A DNA stretch of 64,000 nucleotides, taken from the IMG/VR virus record IMGVR_UViG_3300042294_002722; one strand, given 5' to 3'. The number at the start of each line of letters is the position of its first letter. Position 1 is the stretch's first letter. The position numbers were made by a program, and so were the translations under genes. Shown here in pieces: positions 46,844 through 55,649 of this stretch. A model generated the notes under the pieces. The model had not been told where the DNA came from. It saw only the letters and a program-made list of their open reading frames with translations, and searched no databases. This DNA comes from an uncultured virus (IMG/VR IMGVR_UViG_3300042294_002722). Taxonomy: Duplodnaviria; Heunggongvirae; Uroviricota; Caudoviricetes.

Positions 46844-46964
46844 CGATCGGCGGCGTGATGGGAACACGCGACCCGTGGCGATGGCGACTAGGGGCCACAC
46901 ACGGCGATAAAACGAAAGCGAGTTGCGCATAGCTTGCTAGCAGGTTCGAATCCTGTCCGATCGA
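46844..46964 (+). ncRNA. Enlarged tRNA-like RNA 2 (121 nt)
   Basis: Acceptor CGATCGG/CCGATCG+A, D-like arm GCGTG..CACGC, canonical T-arm GCAGG-TTCGAAT-CCTGT. Confidence 0.7.
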
Positions 46965-46968
46965 TTAA

Positions 46969-47058
46969 GACGAACGCACAGGATAACCCAGTGCGAGAAA
47001 GGAAAACGACAATGGCAGAAGACAGTAACGAGCACTTGGGTTCATCCGATTGTTCGTC
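46969..47058 (-). mobile_element. attC-like site 4
   Basis: Both arms identical to site 3, different loop. Confidence 0.75.
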
Positions 47059-47284
47059 GGGGAATTTTGAACACATTGAAGTCCGTCCGCCGGATTGGGT
47101 GCTGAACGCAATTTCCGAGCGATGCGTCACGCATCACAACGCTTGCGATTGTAGGGAGTATCGGTTTGCAAAGATGCAGCAAGCTTTGATTCGAATCATG
47201 ATTTGGGCAGAGCATGACGCTATCAGTGGGGAAAAAGCTATGGAACACATTTCTAGGAAGTGCCATGAAGCACTAGAGGACTAG
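47012..47284 (+). CDS. Cassette gene 4, hypothetical (CVTHHNACDCRE motif)
   Basis: GAAAGGA RBS in the loop; N-terminus EHLGSSDCS encoded by the attC arm. Confidence 0.65.
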   Translation: MAEDSNEHLGSSDCSSGNFEHIEVRPPDWVLNAISERCVTHHNACDCREYRFAKMQQALIRIMIWAEHDAISGEKAMEHISRKCHEALED

Positions 47285-47436
47285 AAATCAAAACGTATTA
47301 TTACCTTGGCACGGGTGGGGTGTATCTTTTACTTGGAGGCCCCGAATGTGCTGGTGAGCGAAGAGTGCCGGGTTCCCATTGACCCTAACCTTCGATATAA
47401 TGGTGTCCGTTCTCCTTTCGGACAGCCGTTATTGAC

Positions 47437-47465
47437 AGCCGGGAAAGACCGGCATTTTTCTTTCC
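47437..47465 (+). terminator. Possible intrinsic terminator
   Basis: GCCGG-GAAAGA-CCGGC followed by ATTTTTCTTT. Confidence 0.5.
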
Positions 47466-47492
47466 TTTAGCCCTATAGAAAGGGACTACGGT

Positions 47493-47744
47493 ATGAAGAG
47501 GTTTATTTGGAGTGTTGTTTTGGTGCTTAGTGCCTCGCTCGGAGCGCAGGCACAGGATTGCCAGAACGGAAAATGCGTGCTTCCACGGGTTCAATCAGCC
47601 GTATCTGCTACCGCAGAAAAAGCTGTAAAACTTGTGGAAATCCCTGTGAAAGCGACTGCACAAGTGGCTCAGAAGTCTGTAAGATTTGTTGCAAGACCCG
47701 CCCGCAAGTTCGGCACAGTGTTTCGCAGGGTCCGCTGTCGGTAG
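47493..47744 (+). CDS. Small secreted basic protein (signal peptide, CQNGKC)
   Basis: Signal-peptide-like N-terminus; GAAAGGGA RBS. Confidence 0.65.
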   Translation: MKRFIWSVVLVLSASLGAQAQDCQNGKCVLPRVQSAVSATAEKAVKLVEIPVKATAQVAQKSVRFVARPARKFGTVFRRVRCR

Positions 47745-47753
47745 AACGATACT

Positions 47754-47828
47754 TCCCCTATAGTTTAATCCAGGAAAAACGCGGCACGATTCGTGGCCGA
47801 TTTGATGGTTCAACTCCATCTAGGGGAA
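47754..47828 (+). tRNA. tRNA or pseudo-tRNA with an aberrant anticodon arm (identity undetermined)
   Basis: Acceptor TCCCCTA/TAGGGGA, D-arm GTTT/AAAC, T-arm GATGG-TTCAACT-CCATC; anticodon loop CGATTCG lacks U33 and purine 37. Confidence 0.7.
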
Positions 47829-47849
47829 CTTAATTCAGGAGGGTAATCA

Positions 47850-48404
47850 ATGATTATTTACTTAGACGTAGACGGGGTTCTCGCAGACTGGGTGACAGGG
47901 ATTCAGGTTTCAGCGGAAATCGATCCTTCTGTCTGGGATACCGTGGGCCACGGTTTACTACCCACGGAACATCAAGCAAAGCTAGATGCGGTAATGAGTA
48001 CACAGTCATTTTGGACTGGGCTAGCATTGTATCCCTGGGCAAATGATCTTGTGGACTGGGCATCGACTTGGGGAAAGGTAGTGTTTTGCACACAGCCGTT
48101 TAGCTCGCCAGAGTGCTTACATGGTAAGTACCAGTGGCTAAACGATCACTTCGGGGCCACGATGGAGAACATCGTGTTCATCAAGCAAAAATGGCTACTC
48201 GCACATCCGACTTGCCTTTTGCTGGATGACAACGTCGAGAACTGTAACCGGTTTCAGTGGCGAGGCGGTCATTCGATTGTCTTCCCACAACCCTGGAACA
48301 GTGCGGGCATCCCATTGCATGATTCCGAGATGCGTGAAAAATCCCTGGAACAAATCAGAACATCTATTCGTAACATCTCTAGCATTGTCAGGTGGTATCA
48401 ATGA
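47850..48404 (+). CDS. 5'(3')-deoxyribonucleotidase (HAD, NT5C-like)
   Basis: YLDVDGVLAD, KYQWL, LLDD, QPWN. Confidence 0.88.
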   Translation: MIIYLDVDGVLADWVTGIQVSAEIDPSVWDTVGHGLLPTEHQAKLDAVMSTQSFWTGLALYPWANDLVDWASTWGKVVFCTQPFSSPECLHGKYQWLNDHFGATMENIVFIKQKWLLAHPTCLLLDDNVENCNRFQWRGGHSIVFPQPWNSAGIPLHDSEMREKSLEQIRTSIRNISSIVRWYQ

Positions 48405-49465
48405 AAAAAGCAATGAAGACATTGGAAGAAGGCGCGAAACCAAAAGAAGCATCTCGCTTGTACTTGAGCCTCGGGTGTCCTTTACTTAACCTTGCCGTAT
48501 CGGGCGACTGGCGTAAAGGAATGATTGCAGGGACATACTGCTTTTATGTCGGGGACTCATCCAGTGGGAAGACGCTCGCGACCTTGAGTATGCTCGCAGA
48601 GGCGGCTAACGACCCGAATTTCGACGAATACGAGTTGTGGCACATCAACGGCGAAGTGGGGAGCTTCTTTGATTTCGAGGTTTTCTTCGGGAGCAAGGCG
48701 GCCAAACGAATACAGGTGATGACACCCTCTAACGGCCAGCCGATGCTTCTTGAAAAAGTCTATGACTTCCTTGACAAGAAGTTGAGTGAAGGCAAGAAGA
48801 TCGTAGCGGTCTTGGATTCAATGGATAGCTTTTCTACGGAATCCCGGGAAGAGCTTATTCAGGAAAACGCAAAGCGCCGGGAGCAGGGTAAAGATACCCA
48901 GGGGTCTTACGGTGACGGCAAGGCCAAACTGAACTCTGAGCGTCTCCCCAGACTTGTTCAAGGAATTGAGCAGTCTGGCAGCATCGTAGTCTCGATATCT
49001 CAGACCCGGGACAACATCGGCGGCGGTCCTTATGCCCCCGCTAAAACGCGATCCGGGGGCCACGCCATCAAGTTCTACGCCAGTCTTGAAATCTGGACAT
49101 CCCCTGGGAAAGTCATTACCAAGGAATACAAAGGTAAAGACCGGACCATTGGCATTAAACCGGTCTTTCGGATTAAGAAAAACCGAATCAATGGCAAAGA
49201 ACGAACTGTGACGATCCCGATTCTACCTGACTTCGGCATTGATGCTCTTGGTGCGGCGGTCGATTACTTAATCGAAGAAAACGCATGGACAGTGTCAGGA
49301 GGCCGAATCGTTAGCGATCTATACGACAAAAGCTATCACCGCGAGGTACTGGTCAGCAAAATTGAAGAAGATAATCGGGAAACCGAACTGTTTGACAAGA
49401 TGCAAGCAGTTTGGGATGACATCGAAAACGCCATTCGCATTGAAAGAAAGAAGAGGTATTCGTGA
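48401..49465 (+). CDS. recA: RecA/UvsX-like recombinase
   Basis: GDSSSGKT, VLDS, SQTRDNIG, SGGHAIKFYAS, KKNR. Confidence 0.92.
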   Translation: MKKAMKTLEEGAKPKEASRLYLSLGCPLLNLAVSGDWRKGMIAGTYCFYVGDSSSGKTLATLSMLAEAANDPNFDEYELWHINGEVGSFFDFEVFFGSKAAKRIQVMTPSNGQPMLLEKVYDFLDKKLSEGKKIVAVLDSMDSFSTESREELIQENAKRREQGKDTQGSYGDGKAKLNSERLPRLVQGIEQSGSIVVSISQTRDNIGGGPYAPAKTRSGGHAIKFYASLEIWTSPGKVITKEYKGKDRTIGIKPVFRIKKNRINGKERTVTIPILPDFGIDALGAAVDYLIEENAWTVSGGRIVSDLYDKSYHREVLVSKIEEDNRETELFDKMQAVWDDIENAIRIERKKRYS

Positions 49466-49701
49466 TTATGCAAAGTAATCTGTTGCTTGATGCTGCCGAG
49501 GCGTTATCGGAAGCGGTGGACACGCTTGACCATCGACTGTCGATCTGTCCTACCCTGCTCTACACTGAGAAGGAGGAGATAAGGAGGCAAGTGCGGAAAG
49601 AACTAAGTAAGCTCAGAAGCCACTACAACGAAATGACTGAGCAGATTCAACGAATCGACGACCTGCGTAAACAAATTGTAGAAAAGAATACTAATGGCTG
49701 A
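49462..49701 (+). CDS. Hypothetical coiled-coil protein
   Basis: 79-aa ORF coupled to both neighbours. Confidence 0.5.
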   Translation: MIMQSNLLLDAAEALSEAVDTLDHRLSICPTLLYTEKEEIRRQVRKELSKLRSHYNEMTEQIQRIDDLRKQIVEKNTNG

Positions 49702-50524
49702 ACGGTACGCCATCCTAGATATGATGAACCTTGCGTACCGATCTTGGTATGCTTTGAATTTCACTTACAAAGGAGCCGCGCCACGGCTTGATTTTGTATT
49801 TTCCAGCCTTATACGCACATGCAAGAAACTGGAAAACGATCTGTGTGCTGACACTATGGTTTTCTGCTTCGACGGTGGTTATGATTTCCGTAAAAGCATC
49901 TATCCAGAATACAAGCAAAACCGAAAGACCGAGGAACTGAGAGAGGAACTAAAACTCAATCGTCAGTTATTCCATTCGGAAATCGAGTTGCTTCGGAAGT
50001 TGCATTTACCGTCAATCGGTGCTGCTAACGTCTTTTGGGCTAGTGGATTTGAGGCAGACGATCTAATTGCATCCTGTGTCAGAAATTTGGATGCCGCTAA
50101 AAAAGTGTACATCGTTTCCACGGACGAGGACTTGTACCAGTTGATCGAGGGGACTCGCGTAGTGGTCTACAAACCTAGCACACAAACCGTGTTCTCTGAG
50201 GAAGATTTTAGGATGGCGTTTTCTGACTTACCTCCTTGCCTATACGCGAGTGCCAAGGCATGGGCCGGATGCAGTTCTGACGGCATACCAGGATTGCCCA
50301 GGGTCGGCATGAAAACTGCTTGTAAGTTCGTAAACGGCCATAACAGAGGGCGAGAAGATTGGTGGGACCATCTCGACATCTACAACCGTAACATACAGCT
50401 AGTCAAGCTTCCTGCCCCGGGTACACCGAAATGCGTTCCTGTCCCACAGGAAACTCCGATAGCCTGGGACGAACTTTTGAAAAACATAGAGAGATCATCC
50501 ACTCCAAGAGGAATGAAGAAATGA
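49694..50524 (+). CDS. 5'-3' exonuclease / flap endonuclease
   Basis: LDMMNLAYR, CFDGG, YPEYKQNR, FEADDLIA, STDEDLYQL, SDGIPGLPRVG. Confidence 0.92.
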   Translation: MAERYAILDMMNLAYRSWYALNFTYKGAAPRLDFVFSSLIRTCKKLENDLCADTMVFCFDGGYDFRKSIYPEYKQNRKTEELREELKLNRQLFHSEIELLRKLHLPSIGAANVFWASGFEADDLIASCVRNLDAAKKVYIVSTDEDLYQLIEGTRVVVYKPSTQTVFSEEDFRMAFSDLPPCLYASAKAWAGCSSDGIPGLPRVGMKTACKFVNGHNRGREDWWDHLDIYNRNIQLVKLPAPGTPKCVPVPQETPIAWDELLKNIERSSTPRGMKK

Positions 50525-50823
50525 ACAAACGTGACAAAGTGCTAAAACGCCGGGATATTTTGCGAAAGGTCCGAAAACAAGAACGCGACCAGCAACTGGC
50601 TGATCGTAAGGAATTTGCAAAGGCAAACCCAACACCGCGACTGCCCAAGACAAGAAATCGAAGATTTCGGACAAAAATACAGATGGTCGAGAACGAGCAG
50701 GCGATACTGATGCAGATGACAGGCCAGCCAGAGATATCGCAAAGTGCGATTCGGTCTGAAATCGACCATTACAAAAATGACCCCGCTGTAAAGGCGGCGG
50801 TAGAGAGGCGACGAAATGACTGA
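50521..50823 (+). CDS. Hypothetical basic protein
   Basis: ATGA coupling at 50521. Confidence 0.5.
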   Translation: MNKRDKVLKRRDILRKVRKQERDQQLADRKEFAKANPTPRLPKTRNRRFRTKIQMVENEQAILMQMTGQPEISQSAIRSEIDHYKNDPAVKAAVERRRND

Positions 50824-51127
50824 ACCTAAATTTTTCAAGATCACAGAGCCAACTGAGGCTGATCTGATTGAACTAGACAACTTGTTGCACAAGGTCATTG
50901 AAGGCGAGAAGAACAATCCTCTTGGAGAGTTTTTCAAGGAAGCCTACGATTTATCAACCGAATCTCCCGAATTTGCGTTGTACTTCTGGCAGTTGGTTGC
51001 CGTAGGCATGTTGAAGCAGGTCAAGGATGCGGAGAACTATGCGATGCTGGTCACGCAGATGGCTCAAGCCGCATTGGAATCGGTAGGAATGGAAAACCCT
51101 ATCGAGGCTCAAGAATCCAATGGGTAG
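50816..51127 (+). CDS. Hypothetical protein
   Basis: 103-aa ORF, GAGG RBS. Confidence 0.55.
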   Translation: MTEPKFFKITEPTEADLIELDNLLHKVIEGEKNNPLGEFFKEAYDLSTESPEFALYFWQLVAVGMLKQVKDAENYAMLVTQMAQAALESVGMENPIEAQESNG

Positions 51128-51647
51128 TTCCAAGGGTTCTGCCTGGGAGCGTGAGTTTGCAGTAATGCTTTCTCTCTGGTGGTCCGAGGGTAAAGAAGAC
51201 GATTTGTTCTGGCGTGTACTCGGCTCAGGGGGACGCGCCACTAATCGCGGGAAAAAAGGCAAATCGACGGCTGGCGGCTATGGTGACATAACCGCCACGG
51301 ATCACCGGGGTCAGGCATTGCTAAACCTCTGTTGCTTTGAATTGAAAAGAGGATACAACAGTGCAACTGTCCAGGACTTACTAGACAAGCCGAAGAATGC
51401 TACTTACGCAAGCTTTCTGGATCAGACTAAGCGAGCGGCATCTTTGGCGGGTGTTCCCTACTGGTGTCTAGTACACAAACGGGACAGGAGACATGCGTTA
51501 GTCCTTACGAACGTCAAAGTCAGACCGGATACCTGTTGCATACTTACAGATGACTGGCATCCCATAAAACTGATGCGGCTAAAGGACTGGCTGTGTATCG
51601 AGACATTGAATTTTTTTAGGTCACTGAACCATGAAAATAGATCGTAA
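51120..51647 (+). CDS. Holliday junction resolvase (PD-(D/E)xK)
   Basis: KGSAWERE, SGG, GDI, FELKRG. Confidence 0.8.
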   Translation: MGSSKGSAWEREFAVMLSLWWSEGKEDDLFWRVLGSGGRATNRGKKGKSTAGGYGDITATDHRGQALLNLCCFELKRGYNSATVQDLLDKPKNATYASFLDQTKRAASLAGVPYWCLVHKRDRRHALVLTNVKVRPDTCCILTDDWHPIKLMRLKDWLCIETLNFFRSLNHENRS

Positions 51648-52641
51648 AGAACTGCTTCGCGTTCTCGAATCCTGTCATCCAGGGATCGCCAGAACTGAAA
51701 ACGTAGAGCAGAGCGATTGTTACACGTTTGTCCCAGGCGGGGTGAGTACTTACAACGAAGAGATTTGCTGTTTTCATGCAGTGCCTACGCAGTTTAACTG
51801 CGCTGTCCCGGCCCGGCCCATCATTGACACTTTGCGTAAGCTGTCGGAGGACGAGGTTGACATAGAACTTGTCGAAGGACGGCTGATGATTAAGTGCCCC
51901 GGGATGCGACGAATCGGGATCACGGTTCATCAAGACGTTGTGATGAACTCGGAGAACGTGGAACGTGCCCGGACTTGGATAGACGTACAACCGGCGTTTT
52001 CTGACGGTTTGGCTATGGTGGCAGACTGTGCCGCCAAGGAAGCAGAACAGTTTGCCTGGACATGCGTAGAGATCAGTCCAAAAGGACTGCAAGCCACCGA
52101 TGGGTATCAGGCAATGCGATACAAGGTTGAGTGCCCAGTCGAGCGGTCTTTTCTGATACGCCGGGAGTCCTGTACTGCGGTTGCAGGGCTTGGCGTTGCC
52201 GCGATCCATATCGGAGACGACTGGTTTGGCATGAAGACCTATACCGGGTTGGAAGTGTACGTCAGGAAGTACACCGACGAATTCCCCGACTTGTCGGAGG
52301 TTTTCAATGCGGAGTGCGTTTCTAGCTTACGCTTCCCTCCCGGTCTTCTCGACGCTACTCAAAAAGCCCTTCCGTTCTTAGCGGACACTTCTACCGGCAA
52401 GCAGATCGTCATCCGGCTAAAGCCCAAGAAGATGATGATTCATGCTAGTAATATGAGCGGGTTCTACGAAGAGATTCGAGACATCGATTACGAGGGGCCT
52501 TCCCGGTCATTTGCCTTGAACCCCAAGTACATCCAGAATCTTTTGAAATACGACACCCCTTGCCACCTGGGGCAGAACACGGTAAAGATTCGCGGAGACA
52601 ACTTCTCCTTGATCGCTAGTCTGGAATCGGCGGTGATGTAA
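51631..52641 (+). CDS. dnaN: Sliding clamp (DNA pol III beta-like)
   Basis: 336 aa; QATDGYQ, DEFPDL, FALNPKYI match the beta-clamp pattern. Confidence 0.7.
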   Translation: MKIDRKELLRVLESCHPGIARTENVEQSDCYTFVPGGVSTYNEEICCFHAVPTQFNCAVPARPIIDTLRKLSEDEVDIELVEGRLMIKCPGMRRIGITVHQDVVMNSENVERARTWIDVQPAFSDGLAMVADCAAKEAEQFAWTCVEISPKGLQATDGYQAMRYKVECPVERSFLIRRESCTAVAGLGVAAIHIGDDWFGMKTYTGLEVYVRKYTDEFPDLSEVFNAECVSSLRFPPGLLDATQKALPFLADTSTGKQIVIRLKPKKMMIHASNMSGFYEEIRDIDYEGPSRSFALNPKYIQNLLKYDTPCHLGQNTVKIRGDNFSLIASLESAVM

Positions 52642-53852
52642 TGCCACTACTAACTAAACCGCAGATAACAAAACAGTTATCTGTGTTACCGAACTGCAAT
52701 GCTTGTGGGGCTGCGGCAAAATGTCGCAGCCCTAAGCTTACATGGCCTGGAAAACAGGCTGATATCGTCTTTGTTGTGGACGGTGTCGAGCAGGATTCTC
52801 CGAGCGGGTTGCAGGATAGCCCCTATAATCGCTTAGACGGCCTCTGTAAGCGTGTTGGCATCGAGATGCGGGATTATGCCCTAGTACCCGCTTCTGCGTG
52901 TTTTGGGGCCTCTGAGGAGGCTTGGCGGCACTGCCAGCCTTTGATGGCCTCTGAGCTAAGTAGACTGCGTCCCCGGGTTATCATTCCGTTCGGGTCCAAG
53001 GCTACGCAAAGTGTCGTGGGCCGGTTCTGGCAGCGACCGGCAGAACTGTTTGATAGATGGTACGGCTATCAGATTCCTTGCCAACAGCTTAATGCGTGGA
53101 TTTGCCCGGTGGGGTCCGTGGCCCCTCAAAAGGGGCAGATGGACATCAGCCAGATGTGGGCGTACCGTTGGCTACGGGATGCGGTGCGTCTGACCGGTCG
53201 CCCGTGGGACCACGGGGTTCCGGACATCAAGGATTGCGTCACGGTTCTTACCGATCCTGCGAAGATTCAAGAATTTCTAGGATTTGCCAAGAACCTACCG
53301 ATTACTTCGTTAGATTGGGAAACTCTCGGCTTAAAACCAGAAAATAGTTCAATGCGGATATGGTCAGCCGCGATTGCCTACAGAGACGAAGACGAAATCG
53401 TGAGTGTAGCGTTCCCTGTGTTCGAGGATTGCCATGATGCTCTCCGGGCATATCTAACTGGACCGGGGAGGATAATCGCGCACAACATGAAATTTGAAGC
53501 AAGGTGGGCGAAGCAAAAACTAGGTGTTTTTCCGGCTAATTTGTACTGGGATTCCATGCAGGCGGCGCATATAGAAAACCCTATGAGCGGGGTTACGGGT
53601 TTGAAGTTTCAGGCATTTGCTAGGCTGGGTGTTCCTTACTTTGCCGATGAAGTAGAGGGGTACTTCAACCAGACTGACTCTAACACCCCGAATAACATTG
53701 CCGCCTCGCCGCTTGTGCCCTTGCTGACCTATAACGGGATTGACTCTGCCGTCGAACTGATATTGGCTAGCATCCAGATGAAACAAGCAGATTTGATTAG
53801 GCAACATTTTGTGCCGGAGAAGTATTTACCGAGCAACTTGCATTCCGCATAA
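52641..53852 (+). CDS. UDG-like + 3'-5' exonuclease protein (N-terminal half of an SPO1-type PolA)
   Basis: CxxC...C..RPRVIIPFG UDG-like fold; ExoI LDWETLG, ExoII AHNMKFE, ExoIII YNGID. Confidence 0.8.
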   Translation: MPLLTKPQITKQLSVLPNCNACGAAAKCRSPKLTWPGKQADIVFVVDGVEQDSPSGLQDSPYNRLDGLCKRVGIEMRDYALVPASACFGASEEAWRHCQPLMASELSRLRPRVIIPFGSKATQSVVGRFWQRPAELFDRWYGYQIPCQQLNAWICPVGSVAPQKGQMDISQMWAYRWLRDAVRLTGRPWDHGVPDIKDCVTVLTDPAKIQEFLGFAKNLPITSLDWETLGLKPENSSMRIWSAAIAYRDEDEIVSVAFPVFEDCHDALRAYLTGPGRIIAHNMKFEARWAKQKLGVFPANLYWDSMQAAHIENPMSGVTGLKFQAFARLGVPYFADEVEGYFNQTDSNTPNNIAASPLVPLLTYNGIDSAVELILASIQMKQADLIRQHFVPEKYLPSNLHSA

Positions 53853-53931
53853 GTATGCTGTAGAATACGAAAAGCCGAGCGGCTGGAACCGCATCGGCTT
53901 TTCTAACCACTCAAGTTTGCGAGGAACTATC
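53838..53931 (+). promoter_or_regulatory. Promoter + hairpin leader of HNH gene 4
   Basis: TTGCAT-N17-TAGAAT, then GAAAAGCCGA...TCGGCTTTTC-TAACC; a homologous leader precedes HNH gene 1. Confidence 0.65.
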
Positions 53932-54648
53932 ATGGCTGAGTACATTCTAGTGCATGGCATTCGTGTTGCCAAGTCCTTTTTGCCCGAAACCTTCGGTCGT
54001 TTAACGACCATTGGTCCCACGTTCTGGCTAAATATTCGGGGACGCAGAGGGCATCAGAGAGCAGGCTTCCAGGTTTGTCAGTGCGCCTGTGGTAAGCATA
54101 CAGTTGTCCGCAGGAGTTATTTGGCTTCAGGTCACACTAAAAGCTGCTCATGCTTGGCTGCTGACACGCTAAGTAAGAGCAGGAGCAATCACAGAGAATC
54201 CTGCACACTAGGTAACACTTCCGAGTACAGATGCTGGTGCAAATTTAAGCGAAGGTGTCTGGCTCCTAATGACCGTGGTTACATTGATTACGGTGGCCGA
54301 GGCATTCGTGTCTGCGAGCGATGGCTTGGTTCCACGGGCTTCCAGAACTTCCTGGCTGACATGGGGCGTAAGCCTAGTCCCGCCTATTCGATAGACAGAA
54401 TCGACGTAAACGGCGATTACTGTCCCGAAAATTGCAGATGGGCTACCCGTACTCAACAGAATAATAACACCCGCAGAAACATCGTATTGACCCATGCCGG
54501 GAGGTCTATGACTATGGCGGAATGGTCGCGCGAAACGGGCATAGACTACAAAATAATACATTCTAGGGTACAGATTATGGGATGGTCAGCAGAAGATGCC
54601 TTGACTCGCCCCATACGCCAAATAAGCAAACGAGGACCGAACAGATGA
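53932..54648 (+). CDS. Free-standing HNH-type homing endonuclease 4
   Basis: MAEYILVHGIRVAK start shared with HNH 1; YGGRGIRVCERW, SIDRIDVNGDYCPENCRWAT. Confidence 0.88.
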   Translation: MAEYILVHGIRVAKSFLPETFGRLTTIGPTFWLNIRGRRGHQRAGFQVCQCACGKHTVVRRSYLASGHTKSCSCLAADTLSKSRSNHRESCTLGNTSEYRCWCKFKRRCLAPNDRGYIDYGGRGIRVCERWLGSTGFQNFLADMGRKPSPAYSIDRIDVNGDYCPENCRWATRTQQNNNTRRNIVLTHAGRSMTMAEWSRETGIDYKIIHSRVQIMGWSAEDALTRPIRQISKRGPNR

Positions 54649-55649
54649 TACAAGAACTGCGGCTAAAGAATTTCCAACGGCACAAAGACCTCCAGGTCAC
54701 ATTTGGCCCTCACATTACGGCTATCGTGGGCCAGAGCGATACTGGCAAGTCAGCAATTATCCGTGCGATTCGATGGCTCGTAGAACATCGCCCGATCAGT
54801 GGTCTGCCCACCCACGGAACCGATGACACGCGAGTCGGGATCAAGACAGACAAAGGATTAGTAATTCGGTTCAAGGACAAAAAGAACTACGGATACTCGG
54901 TCAACGGTCAAAAGTATCTGGCTACGGGAACACAGCAACCAGTTCCGGTTAGCCAGTTATTAGCGATGGAGGACATTAACTTTCAGGGCCAGCATGATCC
55001 CGTGTTTCTGCTTTCTCTGACCCCGGGACAAATGGCTAAGGAGCTAAACCGGATAGTCGATCTTTCAGTCATTGATGAATCGATGGCTGAGATCAATAGT
55101 CGGGTGACGAAAACGAAGGCACAGGTCACAACATACCAAGAAGAAGAGGCTAGACTAGCCAAAGGCGTAGAAGAACTGCTCTGGGTCCAAGAGGCTGTGG
55201 ACAAGCTGGCTTTGCTAGACGAACGCGCCACAAAGCTAGAATCGGTTGAGTGCCGCCATGCCGCCCTGGAAATAAAGGTTTTGCGTTTAACTGAATCGGA
55301 TGCAAAGTTACAGAAATACAGGGAAATGGAAGACTGGCTTTCTCTGTTTGTGGAGACAGTCCGACAATACCGCGAACACTGTTCTCGCCGGGATTCCCTA
55401 AAAAAGGTGGTTGACGGCATCCTGAACCGTAAGTTCCCCAGTCAGAAATTTTACGACGCAATCGAATCTCTGCTTGCCAGGGCTGAAACTGTAGCACAAA
55501 TGAAACAAAAGAGAGATCGACTAGCAGTCTTAGTAGCACAGGCAAAAAGCTGCAACTCGTCAATCGCTATCAAAGATACCGAGATATCCCAAACCCAGTC
55601 CCAGATCAAGGAGATTCCAGTATGCCCATCGTGCAACCGTCCCCTGTAG
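54645..55649 (+). CDS. sbcC: SbcC/Rad50-like ATPase, N-terminal half ending at the zinc hook
   Basis: LKNFQRH, GQSDTGKS, Q-loop, coiled coil, terminal CPSCNRP. Confidence 0.88.
   Translation: MIQELRLKNFQRHKDLQVTFGPHITAIVGQSDTGKSAIIRAIRWLVEHRPISGLPTHGTDDTRVGIKTDKGLVIRFKDKKNYGYSVNGQKYLATGTQQPVPVSQLLAMEDINFQGQHDPVFLLSLTPGQMAKELNRIVDLSVIDESMAEINSRVTKTKAQVTTYQEEEARLAKGVEELLWVQEAVDKLALLDERATKLESVECRHAALEIKVLRLTESDAKLQKYREMEDWLSLFVETVRQYREHCSRRDSLKKVVDGILNRKFPSQKFYDAIESLLARAETVAQMKQKRDRLAVLVAQAKSCNSSIAIKDTEISQTQSQIKEIPVCPSCNRPL

Noticed and set aside
45859..47058. attC-like repeats read as CRISPR repeats or terminators
   Set aside because: Spacing of 350-400 bp with whole genes between, ~90-nt bulged hairpins and no U-tracts
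47379..47401. TTGACC...TATAAT promoter
   Set aside because: Spacer is only 11 bp, incompatible with a sigma70 promoter
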